Notes under the pieces: model-generated
Told to the model about the DNA's origin: nothing
Seen by the model: only the letters and a program-made list of their open reading frames with translations
The model's database searches: none
From: Phallusia mammillata
Lineage: Eukaryota
Reading direction: 5' to 3'
DNA length: 64,000 nucleotides
NCBI GenBank assembly: GCA_965637545.1
Contig: OZ281494.1
Coordinates: 35,092,001 to 35,156,000 of the forward strand
Position numbers and translations under genes: made by a program
Part shown: positions 25,401-36,400 of the stretch, piece after piece
Position numbering within the stretch: the first letter of the stretch is position 1
Layout: each line of letters opens with the position of its first letter

Positions 25401-28400
25401 AAACACCTCTTTACCGACCAAATTAGCAAAAATCTGCTTGTGTTTTAAAAAATAAATGTTTCCTTAGGTTTCAACATGGTTTGCAAACGCAAGACGCCGC
25501 CTTAAGAAGGAAAACAAAATGACTTGGATTCCGAAACATCGCCCCAACGACTCCGCAAGCCTTTCTAGCCAGCAAAGCACTTTGACTGATCAATCAATGC
25601 GAGTCGCAGGTAAACGTGGTAGTCAATGCGGCGGTGTAGTGAAATGTTTACAGTATACTGAGCGTGGGCACACGGTCAAGATGTTATCGCAAGAGCCTTT
25701 CTCATTACTTTCTTTAAATCCTAACTGCGCCTGCGACTGCTTAAAAATGTAATCAAAACGGCATCAAACCTATACAAATCGCATAAGTAGGGAAATGTTA
25801 GACATTTTGGCGTTCGCAATCACACAGAGTGTTTTGATAATTTTTTCAGACTTTTTTCTTGTAAATCGCAACAAAATTCGACTGTACAAAATTAAAGAAT
25901 TGCCTTTGCGTATTTTATCGCTTAAAATGTGGTTAAATACCACAGTTGATGAATAATACATAACATTAGCTCTTACCTCTTGTAATCCGCCATTTTCAAA
26001 TCATTCACAGACGCAGAACTTGAAGACAAGCCTAAATCCAAAATGAGTTGCACGAATAACCTTGGACTTGAATCACCGCCAATTTCCAATGTCGGTACAT
26101 CCCAAGGCGGCGCGGCCATTTTGGATCCAGCTTTACGCACCGAAAACACAGGATTCCCTAGACTTGAACACAACAACTACAATTCTCCATTGTCAGGCTC
26201 CTACTATCCCTGCAATAATCAGCCCTGCTGGGAAAACAACGCCTGTCCTCCCAGATTTAGCCAAAAACCCGCCGATTTGTACAACTGCAGTCAGCCTATT
26301 GTGTGCGGAGGGCAGGTTCCCATGCCCAACAATTATCCGTACTTGTCTCACAATCATTTGTTGCCTAAAAACATCGGTGCTTTCGACACAAATACCAGTC
26401 AAAACTTGGCACAAAACGATAAACTTCAAAATCAAATGAAGTCATTTTGCCAAGCACCGACAAACGGTTATTGTAACGTCACAGAACCTGTACATACGCA
26501 ACAAAGCAACCACGTGATCACAGCCAACCAATCACCGTGGAGAACCGCACAAACTGGTAACGAACATTGCATTTCAAGTTTTTCGGGGTCAAACGGTGTT
26601 CCTGTCCCTAAATCGGGTTCAAACGCGAGTTTTTCTGATGATTTTACGTCGAATCGAGGCAACGAGGGCTCACTTTCAACTGGATACTGCAGTGAAAACG
26701 CGAATGAGCCAGGGGACTGGTATTCCAGCAAAAACGAAGGTATGTTTTACGATAAATTATGTTGGGTTTGCTTTAACAAAAAGCAACTCTATTTTGGGCT
26801 TAAACGTGTTTGTGAGCCCAAAAGAATGGAATGGCCTTTACTGTAATTATGTCTGGAGATTTCTTTTATTTCTCATGTTTTGGACATTGTGTTGTAAACA
26901 ATACCTAATGAGACAATATACAGAAATAAAAACAGGATCAATTTTGGCAACTCGACAAAGCATGACAAGATAATGATGTCGCAACTGTTTCCATTTCTGT
27001 AGCTTTAGGTGGTTAAAGTTGATTACAACCCAAACTATGAGGCATTGATAGTTTTCTGTTTACAAAACTAAATGAAAACCTGAATGTAAACTTTATTATT
27101 TTTATATTCCAGATTCATCTCCGGAACCACAATGTGATTTGAACTACTCGCTTGCAAAAAGGTAAAAATAATTTTTGATCGTTTTGAACAAAATTTTGCG
27201 CAAATTTATAATGTAAAGAGCCACATACTTCAAAGCACTTAAACTGTTAGCATTTTAACTAAATTAAAGCGTTTTACTGTTCAAATGTTGCCCAAAAAGA
27301 CTACCGCCAAAAATGGACTGTATCAAAATTTATGTGTTTTTGTTTAAAACACACAACTCAATTGAGAAAAAAACTTGAAAAATGGTAAATAAAACAACTC
27401 AAAACTTATTCGGGCAAACATAATGGCGTCATAGTGAACCCAGAAAACCCATTAATCGGCTGCAGTGGGCGGTTTTGCCAAAAATGGGAGCGTGCTTGTT
27501 GGTATTCCGATCGCTACAGCGACTGTTTTGGGTAAAGCAGCCACATCCGGCAAATCGCACATCTGACAAAAGACGGCAGTCTAAGAAGCGTCAACAAAAA
27601 CTGCCGCAGAAACCGGCAGGATAATCGTGTTTGACTGGCAGTCGCTTGATAAGGCGCTTAACTGGCATTGGTGGAGCTTTGTTTACGTTTGTGCGGATTC
27701 AGGGTGTGCAAGGAACCCAGACTTCGCGATTTCTGCGTCATTTCGTTGCAACTCGACCAAATCCGGGCGTAACACATACTTCTGTGACAGATCAACCAAT
27801 TTGTGGCGACGCTGCGACATTTCAATACAAATGCAAGCGCACCTACATGACTTAATGTGTCTATTTTAATATCTGCAGGCAACTGGGTTCACGAGTGTCT
27901 CAAAATTAGGAATTAAAAAGCCTTTGCGTTTTTGCGCCATTTGCCACAGTTAAATTTGAAATCATTTTAATAAATCTGTTTTTGAGAAGTTTTGTCACTT
28001 CAATAACAAAAGCCTTTAGGAATTTTTGTGTCTTTTGGCACAGTTCGTTTTATATACATCTGGAAATTGGTGCAGTTACTAATTTTCGAAATCGAGAATA
28101 AGCAATTTTTCATTTTAACCTTGCCAGAAACGTATAACATCATCAGTTTGACGTGTTGCTGATCACGTCGCGTCAACATCGTATCCTTAACGACTTTACG
28201 TCGCGTGTCGCTTTAATTGTCGCCGCCCTTTGATCGCGACATGGTTAATGTCGCACCGCTTGATAGTGACTCGAAAATTGGTGGTTTGGAAGTCAGTGCA
28301 CTCGCGTTTAGGACAATGACCAAGTCACGTCGTTCGCTTTAATCTTTTCGCTATTAACTTGACCTGTTAAGGAGATGACGCGGTCTGTGGTTGAAATTGG

Positions 28401-29501
28401 GACCGAAAGCTGGAACCGTTATGTTTTTTTACACAGTTTAACACTTTTTGTTGATAATCATACACATTTAAAAATCATACACTGAAGCGGATGCAAGAGA
28501 GGTCGCTACAACACATTCTTTGTCCAGAGCAAAAATAATAATATTAAAAAACATAATAAAAAACAAATTTTAGGCAAATATGTTGGTCAACATGAAATTT
28601 TAAATTTTTTATTAGCTTGGTTATTATGCTTGGACTTCTGAAACGTAATCTATTATGCATTCAGTTTGTTTGTGCTCCTGTGTGGTTACCAGTGAGAAAT
28701 AAATGCTTGTATTTTTTCCGTATTTCAACTCATTTACCATTTACTTTTTGTTTATTTTCAGTTCTTGGGAACAACCAGTGAAATTTTCCAACAACATCCC
28801 GGTCGCCCAGCAACAAGTCTGGTGATGTACAAGAAACCAACAATGAAGGTAATTAAGCCTAAACAGTAACGTTCGAACTTGAGAGTGAAAAAAAGGCAGT
28901 GGTAAAATGGTAAATTTGCTTGAAACTGTATTGATGTTAATGCTTTCCTATTCGATTTTTTGGGACTTGCACGGCAGCTTATATAAAGGGCGTGGTAAAA
29001 TGGGTCAATGCATACTGTTTAACCGATTTGGTCATTCAATTAATGAACTGAAAACTTCTATAACTTGAGTTTAAATAAGTTGAGTTTATTTCGCTTTTTG
29101 AAAGAACACATTGCGACACAATTGCACTAAAACATTCACCAAGTGGGAATAGCTGCGCAACGTTGTCATGGTCTGGAGCGTAAAAAGTGGAATAGTTGTG
29201 TAACGCGCTGCAGCTACAACGCCATGGTTTAATGAAAAGTCAATCGCCCTACATTTAGTCATAATAACTACAATTACACTGTTGTTCATTAAAATACTGG
29301 ACCCAGACTTAAAGCTTCTAATTTTTTTCACAGGTGCTTAAATCTTTCATCGACAATTGCTCTACCTCAACGACACTGGGGAACTTCCCGAATAGCGGCC
29401 GACAAGCGCTTGCTGTTTTGCGCCCCCATGCGTCGACGGATGCCGCTCCCCAGCCGAGCTTTGACTTTTCGTTCCCGTTTTTTTTTCTGTCTGTTGAATA
29501 A
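22431..29501 (+). CDS. Irx: Iroquois-class TALE homeobox transcription factor (divergent paralog)
   Basis: Exons 22431-22673, 23640-23746, 24989-25151, 25468-25609, 26011-26739 and 27113-27161 are phase-consistent and encode [44 protein letters not shown]|[20 protein letters not shown]. The 3' end is ambiguous: exon 28762-28825 ends in a stop, or 28779-28848 plus 29334-29501. Confidence 0.9.
29136..29235 (+). repeat. Short dispersed repeat (second copy ~43757-43865)
   Basis: Shared AATAGCTGCGCAACGTTG...TGGA.CG.TAAA.AGTGGA...AACGCGCTGCAGCT blocks in an Irx intron and a SIRT7 intron. Confidence 0.6.
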
Positions 29502-30339
29502 CTTGCCTGTTGCAAGGTGTTGCTATGGTGCTTGCGCAAATTTAATAAACTTTTTACAGACAAACTTCCGATTGTAGTGATCAGTTGCACGCTTGCACCT
29601 AGTTGGCGAAGTGATTAGCGCCAACGTCGACGAGCTCACAAGGTTGTTGGTTCTAACCCCGTCTCGACCACTTGCTTTGATCAAGATTCGATAGTCTAAA
29701 ACTTTATGAATCAAACTCGAAAAGTCACTATATTCGTAAAACAATCCAGTTAAACATGATTACAACAGGCTTGTATTCAGGCGTTGCCCACCCACCAAGG
29801 ATAAAATTTAAACAGTGACGAGAAAAGTAGAAATATTGAGCAGTTTCATCTCACTTTTGGGGCAAATATGTTGGGGTTCATGCAAAATGAGTAGGGTTTG
29901 TTTGCGTTGTAGGCCTACAGGAGTAACTAATCATGAAGTGGGACTAGCTTTTAAAGTATACGCTGTGATTTGAAACACGAACAGCGACAGAAAAAAATCG
30001 AAGGCGTATTTTACACAAAGTCACAAACGGACCAAGAAACACTAAACTTGAATGTTGCAATTTTTTGTATTTGTGTAAATCTCAGACTACAGACTTTTGT
30101 AAGAACTGTGCTGTTTAACCTAAAAACCTCAAACAAGTAAATTAATTTTATGATTTCTGTGTAAATCTTGTTTAATTTGTTTTCGGTATTTCGGGGAGCG
30201 TAAAATCTTAAGATTTTTTAAAAAACCTATTTAGTTTTATTTATGTTCTACTTTTGTATGTAAAAAATTAAATCAACTTTTATAATCTGATGCAATTTAA
30301 ATCGATTCATACTTTTATTGTAAGCGGTCAAATTTCTGG

Positions 30340-30512
30340 AAAAATCCATTGAAATTGTGGGCTGTTGCGTCATAACGCCATCACACAATCACGTTGCCAG
30401 AGGTCGGTTGCTAACTTCGATGAGCACATGGTGGAAATGCGGGACTGATTGCGAGTTTGGCGAAAATTGCGTCATTCGTTTCATTGCAAGGTTAAAGCGA
30501 GGAAAATTTAAC
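30340..30512 (+). promoter_or_regulatory. Probable promoter/5' leader of HSPA9 (and possibly of the whole trio)
   Basis: Relatively GC/CpG-rich block upstream of HSPA9 with two TTGCGTCAT motifs (30365-30373, 30467-30475), a GTAAGC donor at 30513 and acceptors at 30835/30842 ahead of the ATG at 30891. Confidence 0.45.
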
Positions 30513-30890
30513 GTAAGCGTATTCGAACATCACAAAAGTGTCGTTCAAGATAATTGTTGTTTCTTTTCTTTGCGTAGTAAATTTTGTTTTGAAAAATAAA
30601 ATAAAATTGTGACATACTTTTGGGTGGGAATAGTTTTGTACTAGTTTTTGATATTTTTTAATAGTTATGCTTGTCTAATTTAGCTTTTAGCTGTAAGTTT
30701 AAATATTAAATGTTTTAACGGTTCAGTTTTTGCAAATATATTCTGTACATTGAAGTATATGCAGAATAAAAAAACTTAAAAAGCTATTTTGTTCATTAAA
30801 TCAAATTAGGTTTTTCACTTTTCATTTGTTTTCAGATTTCAGGTTGTAAAACTAATTTATATCAAACAATATTAACTCAAAAACTGCACA

Positions 30891-32966
30891 ATGTTTTCAT
30901 CAGTTAGTCGAACAATATATCAACACCAAAAGAAGGTTTACCAAAACCTTTTAAAACGAAACACTCATGGAAAAGCGGCAAGTCTTCAAAGAAACCAAAG
31001 ACTTTCAGCAATGTGTAACCAATTCCTAACTCGGTCGTATGCCTCCGATGCCATCCGAGGAGCAGTTGTCGGTATTGATTTGGGCACCACAAATTCCTGT
31101 GTGGCTGTTATGGAGGGAAAGCAGGCAAAAGTTTTAGAAAATGCCGAAGGATCCAGAACCACTCCATCAGCCATTGCATTCACAGCTGAAGGAGAACGCT
31201 TGGCTGGAACTCCTGCTCGACGACAAGCTGTTACCAACCCAGGAAACACGTTTTATGCCACAAAGCGTTTAATCGGAAGACGCTTTGATGATGCAGAGAT
31301 TCAAAAAGAACTAAAAACGTCCACTTTTAAAATTGTAAAAGCCACAAATGGTGATGCATGGGTCGAGGGCACTGATGGAAAAAGATACTCTCCATCGCAG
31401 ATTGGTGCATTTGTGCTCACTAAAATGAAGGAAACTGCTGAAAACTATCTGAACCAGCCAGTGAAAAATGCTGTCATCACGGTGCCTGCATACTTTAATG
31501 ACTCTCAGCGTCAAGCCACTAAAGATGCTGGACAAATTTCAGGGCTTAATGTGCTTCGCGTTATTAATGAACCAACTGCTGCTGCTCTTGCTTATGGATT
31601 GGACAAAACTGATGATAAAATTATTGCTGTGTATGATTTGGGTGGCGGAACCTTTGATATTTCCTTGCTTGAAATTCAGAAAGGAGTTTTTGAAGTAAAA
31701 TCCACAAATGGTGATACCTTGCTCGGTGGAGAGGACTTCGATAACACCATTCTTTCGTACTTGGTTAAGCAGTTTCTGAAGGAGCAAGGCATTGATCTTA
31801 AGAAAGATAAAATGGCAATGCAAAGAGTTAAGGAGGCTGCAGAAAAGGCCAAGATGGAACTTTCATCATCTCTTCAAACTGATATTAATCTGCCGTACTT
31901 GACCATGGATGCAAGTGGACCAAAACACATGAACATTAAACTCTCAAGGTCCCAACTTGAACAACTTGTTGGAGATCTTATTAAGCGCACAATCAAGCCT
32001 TGTGAAAAAGCCATACAGGATGCTGAGGTGTCTAAGAGTGACATTGGAGAAATTCTTCTTGTTGGGGGAATGACAAGAATGCCAAAAGTACAAGAGACAG
32101 TTCAAAGTGTGTTTGGAAAAGCTCCGAGCAAATCAGTAAACCCAGATGAGGCTGTAGCTATGGGGGCTGCTATCCAGGGTGGTGTTCTAGCTGGCAATGT
32201 TACTGACGTGCTTTTGCTTGATGTAACTCCACTGTCACTAGGAATCGAAACTCTTGGTGGAGTATTCACTAAGTTGATCGAGCGCAACACAACTATCCCC
32301 ACAAAGAAGAGCCAGGTGTTTAGCACAGCTGCCGACGGACAAACCCAGGTGGAAATCAAAGTTCATCAAGGTGAACGTGAAATGGCTTTGGACAACAAAC
32401 TTCTCGGACAATTCCAGTTGGTTGGAATCCCTCCCGCGCCTCGTGGCGTGCCACAAGTTGAGGTCACTTTCGATATTGATGCAAACGGTATTGTTAATGT
32501 TTCTGCAAGGGATAAGGGAACCGGACGTGAACAACAAATTGTCATCCAGTCTTCCGGAGGACTTAGCAAAGATGAAATTGAGAACATGGTAAAGAAAGCT
32601 GCAGAGTATGCGGAAGAAGACAAGAAACGCAAAGAGAAGGTTGAAATCGTCAACCAAGCTGAGAGTGTCATCCATGACACTGAGAGCAAGATGGAAGAGT
32701 TTAAAGATCAACTTCCCAAAGAAGAGTGCGACCAGATTAAAGAAGAGATCACCAAGCTCCAAGAAATCCTTGCCGAGAAGGATGCCAAGGAGGTTGAGGA
32801 GATTCGCCAAGCGTTCTCCAATCTTCAACAGAAGAGCCTAAAACTTTTCGAAATGGCATACAAAAAGATGGCCGCAGAGAAGGAGTCTTCCGGAGGCAGC
32901 TCTAGCAGCTCTTCAGAAGAGCCCAAGAGTGAGGACACAGAAGAACAGAAGAAAAAAGAACAATAA
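30891..32966 (+). CDS. HSPA9: Mitochondrial Hsp70 (mortalin/GRP75), 691 aa, intronless CDS
   Basis: Single ORF with a basic, acid-free N-terminal presequence ending RSYAS; Hsp70 signatures [46 protein letters not shown]; mitochondrial-type motifs ([16 protein letters not shown]) and no C-terminal EEVD/KDEL. Confidence 0.97.
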   Translation: MFSSVSRTIYQHQKKVYQNLLKRNTHGKAASLQRNQRLSAMCNQFLTRSYASDAIRGAVVGIDLGTTNSCVAVMEGKQAKVLENAEGSRTTPSAIAFTAEGERLAGTPARRQAVTNPGNTFYATKRLIGRRFDDAEIQKELKTSTFKIVKATNGDAWVEGTDGKRYSPSQIGAFVLTKMKETAENYLNQPVKNAVITVPAYFNDSQRQATKDAGQISGLNVLRVINEPTAAALAYGLDKTDDKIIAVYDLGGGTFDISLLEIQKGVFEVKSTNGDTLLGGEDFDNTILSYLVKQFLKEQGIDLKKDKMAMQRVKEAAEKAKMELSSSLQTDINLPYLTMDASGPKHMNIKLSRSQLEQLVGDLIKRTIKPCEKAIQDAEVSKSDIGEILLVGGMTRMPKVQETVQSVFGKAPSKSVNPDEAVAMGAAIQGGVLAGNVTDVLLLDVTPLSLGIETLGGVFTKLIERNTTIPTKKSQVFSTAADGQTQVEIKVHQGEREMALDNKLLGQFQLVGIPPAPRGVPQVEVTFDIDANGIVNVSARDKGTGREQQIVIQSSGGLSKDEIENMVKKAAEYAEEDKKRKEKVEIVNQAESVIHDTESKMEEFKDQLPKEECDQIKEEITKLQEILAEKDAKEVEEIRQAFSNLQQKSLKLFEMAYKKMAAEKESSGGSSSSSSEEPKSEDTEEQKKKEQ

Positions 32967-33426
32967 ACAGCACAAATATGACCAACTCTGTTAAAATCAC
33001 GCAGCCATGCCAAGGGGAGACCTGAAAAGAATTAAAGCCACAAACTTCACCATTTAAAGCGTTACATAAAATCTTAAAAATCTGGTTTTGTTTTTCTCGC
33101 TGTTGGTTACAAAACTGCTGCTTTCCTGCTTAAAAACTTTGCTACTTTAGCATATTATGTTCAAATAAAGTTTTGAAATTAATTATGTGAAAAATGAACA
33201 TATGTTGAAATAGAGTGTACAAATGTTTGGACATAAGCACCATTAAGTGTGTACATAGTGGTTTCAAAATGTTTTGTTGTTAAACAGTCAACATGACAGT
33301 TGTACTTTACAACCAAACTTGTTAAAATTTAACATTGTCCTGATTGCTGTGTGCGATGTGTACATTGTAATTAGTGTTTTGTGTTTCAGAGTTTAGGGCT
33401 GAAGTGTTGTTAGATGCAGGGTTAGA

Positions 33427-36400
33427 ATGTCTAAGCAGTTTAATATAGAAGTTTATTCTGTGGAAACAAATGAAAGGTTTCCAGTTAAGCGCGTTTCCAG
33501 CTCAACAAAAATTCATGAATTGAAGATAAGACTGGAGTTAATAGCTGGTATACCAACACATCTGCAAAGGATAATGTACCTTGATCAAGGTTAGCAGTTA
33601 CTGAAGTTAAAAAAGTTCAAGATGAACGATTTAGTACCTAATTTTTGTTGCATCATGATTCAGTTGTAACTATTGGTCAGTTTATTAGGTTGCTATATAT
33701 ATATATCACAAGAACTTGGACAGAATGGTGCCATACATATGATAGTGTATCAGATATTCTACTATGATTGTTAATCCGAAATCAATTGTATTTTAAAACA
33801 ATACTTTAGTTCAGTAGTTGGCAACCTTTGTTACTGTAGGGCCAATTAAAAATGTCAAAATTGGATTGCGGGCCGCACATGTGCATAACACAAAGTGATT
33901 TTGCTTTGTTTCTTATCAAATATGCTTAACTACAAGTATAATTCGTATTTGATTCTAGACACATTTTCGTCAGATCGCAGAAAACTAGCATCAGGCACAT
34001 TAATCAGCTCAAAAATATGAAATAATTGGACTCGTTTGACAGTACTTTTGAAATCCAAGCGTCTCTGCGGGCCGCACAACCTTTAATGAAGGGCCTCAGG
34101 TTGCCCACCCCTGCTTTAGTTATTCTGGTTAAATATATGAAAAATAAAAATAAATTGGGAATGTGTTTAAATGGAGACATCTCTACTATAATAATGTTTG
34201 AGATAAATCAGTTTCTTGTGATATTTGTATTAGATTCATTTTATAAACTCCAACACAACTGTATGGCCTTGGGTGTTTTTGCCTGATAAGGCCCTTATAA
34301 TTGCAAAACAGATGTTAAAAAACCTTGCCTTGCCAAAATTATGCAAAATAATAGATTTCAAAATCCACGCTTCCCCAAATACTCCTAGTTGTAAGAAAGA
34401 ATAGTTCCATCAAATCCAGCGGTTGAATGTTAGGAAATCCTTGTACACAGATTTTGTTGGCAATACAATTTCAGCAATGTGTCCCTGTGTTGAAATAGTT
34501 GAAATATCAAGACTGGTTTAATACAGTAACTTTACTCTTAAGTGGTTGGCTGACAGTACTGTCTGTTAATTAATGTCACAAATACTGCATGCAAAGATGT
34601 TCAAGTTAAAAATAGCATATATAACTTTACTAGAAAATGACATTGATGATGGACAACTAAAAAATAACTTAAAAACCCTGTGAATGTTTTGTAGCAATTA
34701 ACACAACTAGTTACATATATATTTTGGAAGGGTGTGTGTTACATGTGATGTGCAATTGGGCAATGGTTAGAAAAACTGCATGTTTAAGCTAAATTAAACA
34801 TGCCAGAAAATTCACCACATCAAGCAGTTACGCAGTGGTGTATGTGTAGGTGATATGGAAGACAACAGCACATTGCGACATCATGATGTGGTCACTGGTG
34901 CAAGTTTGACCTTGAATATTTGGAAATCCTGGTCATCGTTGATTCGAGCTTGTGCAAGAGGACACATTGCCGATGTAAGTTGGTTACAAATTAAATAGTG
35001 CACCAATCTTTTGATTGAATAGTCATGTTTAGGTCAGGGGTCGGCAACCTTTTTTTCACTGTTGACAGACCTTTGTTTAGCAATGAAAATTTATTACAGC
35101 CTGTTTAAATTAGGGCTACTCTAAAATATACAATCTGTATGCAATCTACTAATAAAACTGATGAAAATGTTAGGGCTATTAGAGCCAGGGTGAAGGTTTG
35201 TAATACAAAAGATAAGTTATATACTTGAGACTTGCCAATATGGCCGGATTGCATTACTTAAATCATTAAGTATTTAACCTAAAAAAGTGGACGGCCAGGT
35301 AAAAAACTCCTCACCGTGGCCTGGTGGTTGCCGACCACTGGTTCATGGAATATAATTTACTGTTTAAATATCCTGAATGAGTAATACAAGCAAGCAATTT
35401 TATCACTTCCGTTGTAACTTTACATCATACTTTTTGGTTTTGTGGGAAAAGGAAGTTATACCATTTCTGTTTAAAGCAAATGTTAGAACATTCTGATGTT
35501 TTAGCACAAGACACATGCTTGTATTTTCTGTCTATGATGTTTGTGTTCGTGTAAAAGACACCATAGTACACTTAATTCTTGTGTGAAACCAAAAGACAAA
35601 AGCAGTTACATGAGGAACAAATGTTTCTGTAGGTTTTATTCATCTTAAGAAGACTTTAGTAAATATTTTTTATTTCATCTTAAGAAGACTTTAGTGAAAA
35701 TATTGTAATAATTTTGCCGATAAAGTCTGGTATGTAAAAATGAAATATTATGGACATGCTTGTTTTGTAAAGAATTAAAGCAAAGGGTTTTGCTTATATG
35801 TTTGTTGCCACTAAACATAAAATTATTACTCTGAAATCCTTTGGTATAAGCCACTCATACAAATGTTGGCATCATGCATAATGTAGCATGCTACCACAGG
35901 TGATGGACTTGGGTGTAACGATTGATAGCAGTTTCCGAAACCCCAACATTGAACACATGGACCCCGAGGCAAGAAAGAAGTGTTTTCTATCCCGGGCAGC
36001 AATTGCTTTGTATGTTGCTGTACATCGTGGGCATTTGAGTCTAATTAAGGAATTGCTGAAAACAGGTTATTATGTTTTTGTTGGCATTGTAACTAACTTA
36101 GCAAATATATTCAAATATTTTGCATATTTCTTATTTTAAAGCCAATTACATACTTTTCTGAGAAAATATTACAAACACACAAGTTTGTTTTGTCTGTGAT
36201 GTTCATTAATTTGCATTGTACATCATAAATTATTATTATGAGGTGATAAAAAGTGTTCACTTGTTGCCTAATTTGTTCACTCCAAAACAAGAATTATGCA
36301 TTAGACATATTTTGTAGTAATTTGTTTTTTCCTAATAGTTTGACATTTTTCCTTGGCAAGTGTATGCTGTTTAGTTTGCAAAGGATGTATGATGTGCTAA

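Noticed and set aside
25973-25996. Minus-strand first exon AAAATGGCGGATTACAAGAG|GTAAGAG (MADYKR)
   Set aside because: No phase-compatible downstream exon found; more simply a YY1-type motif or chance donor at the Irx exon 5 acceptor.
30334-30341. Heat-shock element upstream of HSPA9
   Set aside because: Only two nGAAn units (TTC-TG-GAA); below the usual three-unit requirement and common by chance.
32238-32828. 196-aa antisense ORF (and smaller ones) opposite HSPA9
   Set aside because: In-register antisense ORFs are a well-known by-product of Hsp70 codon bias; there is no independent start or splice context.
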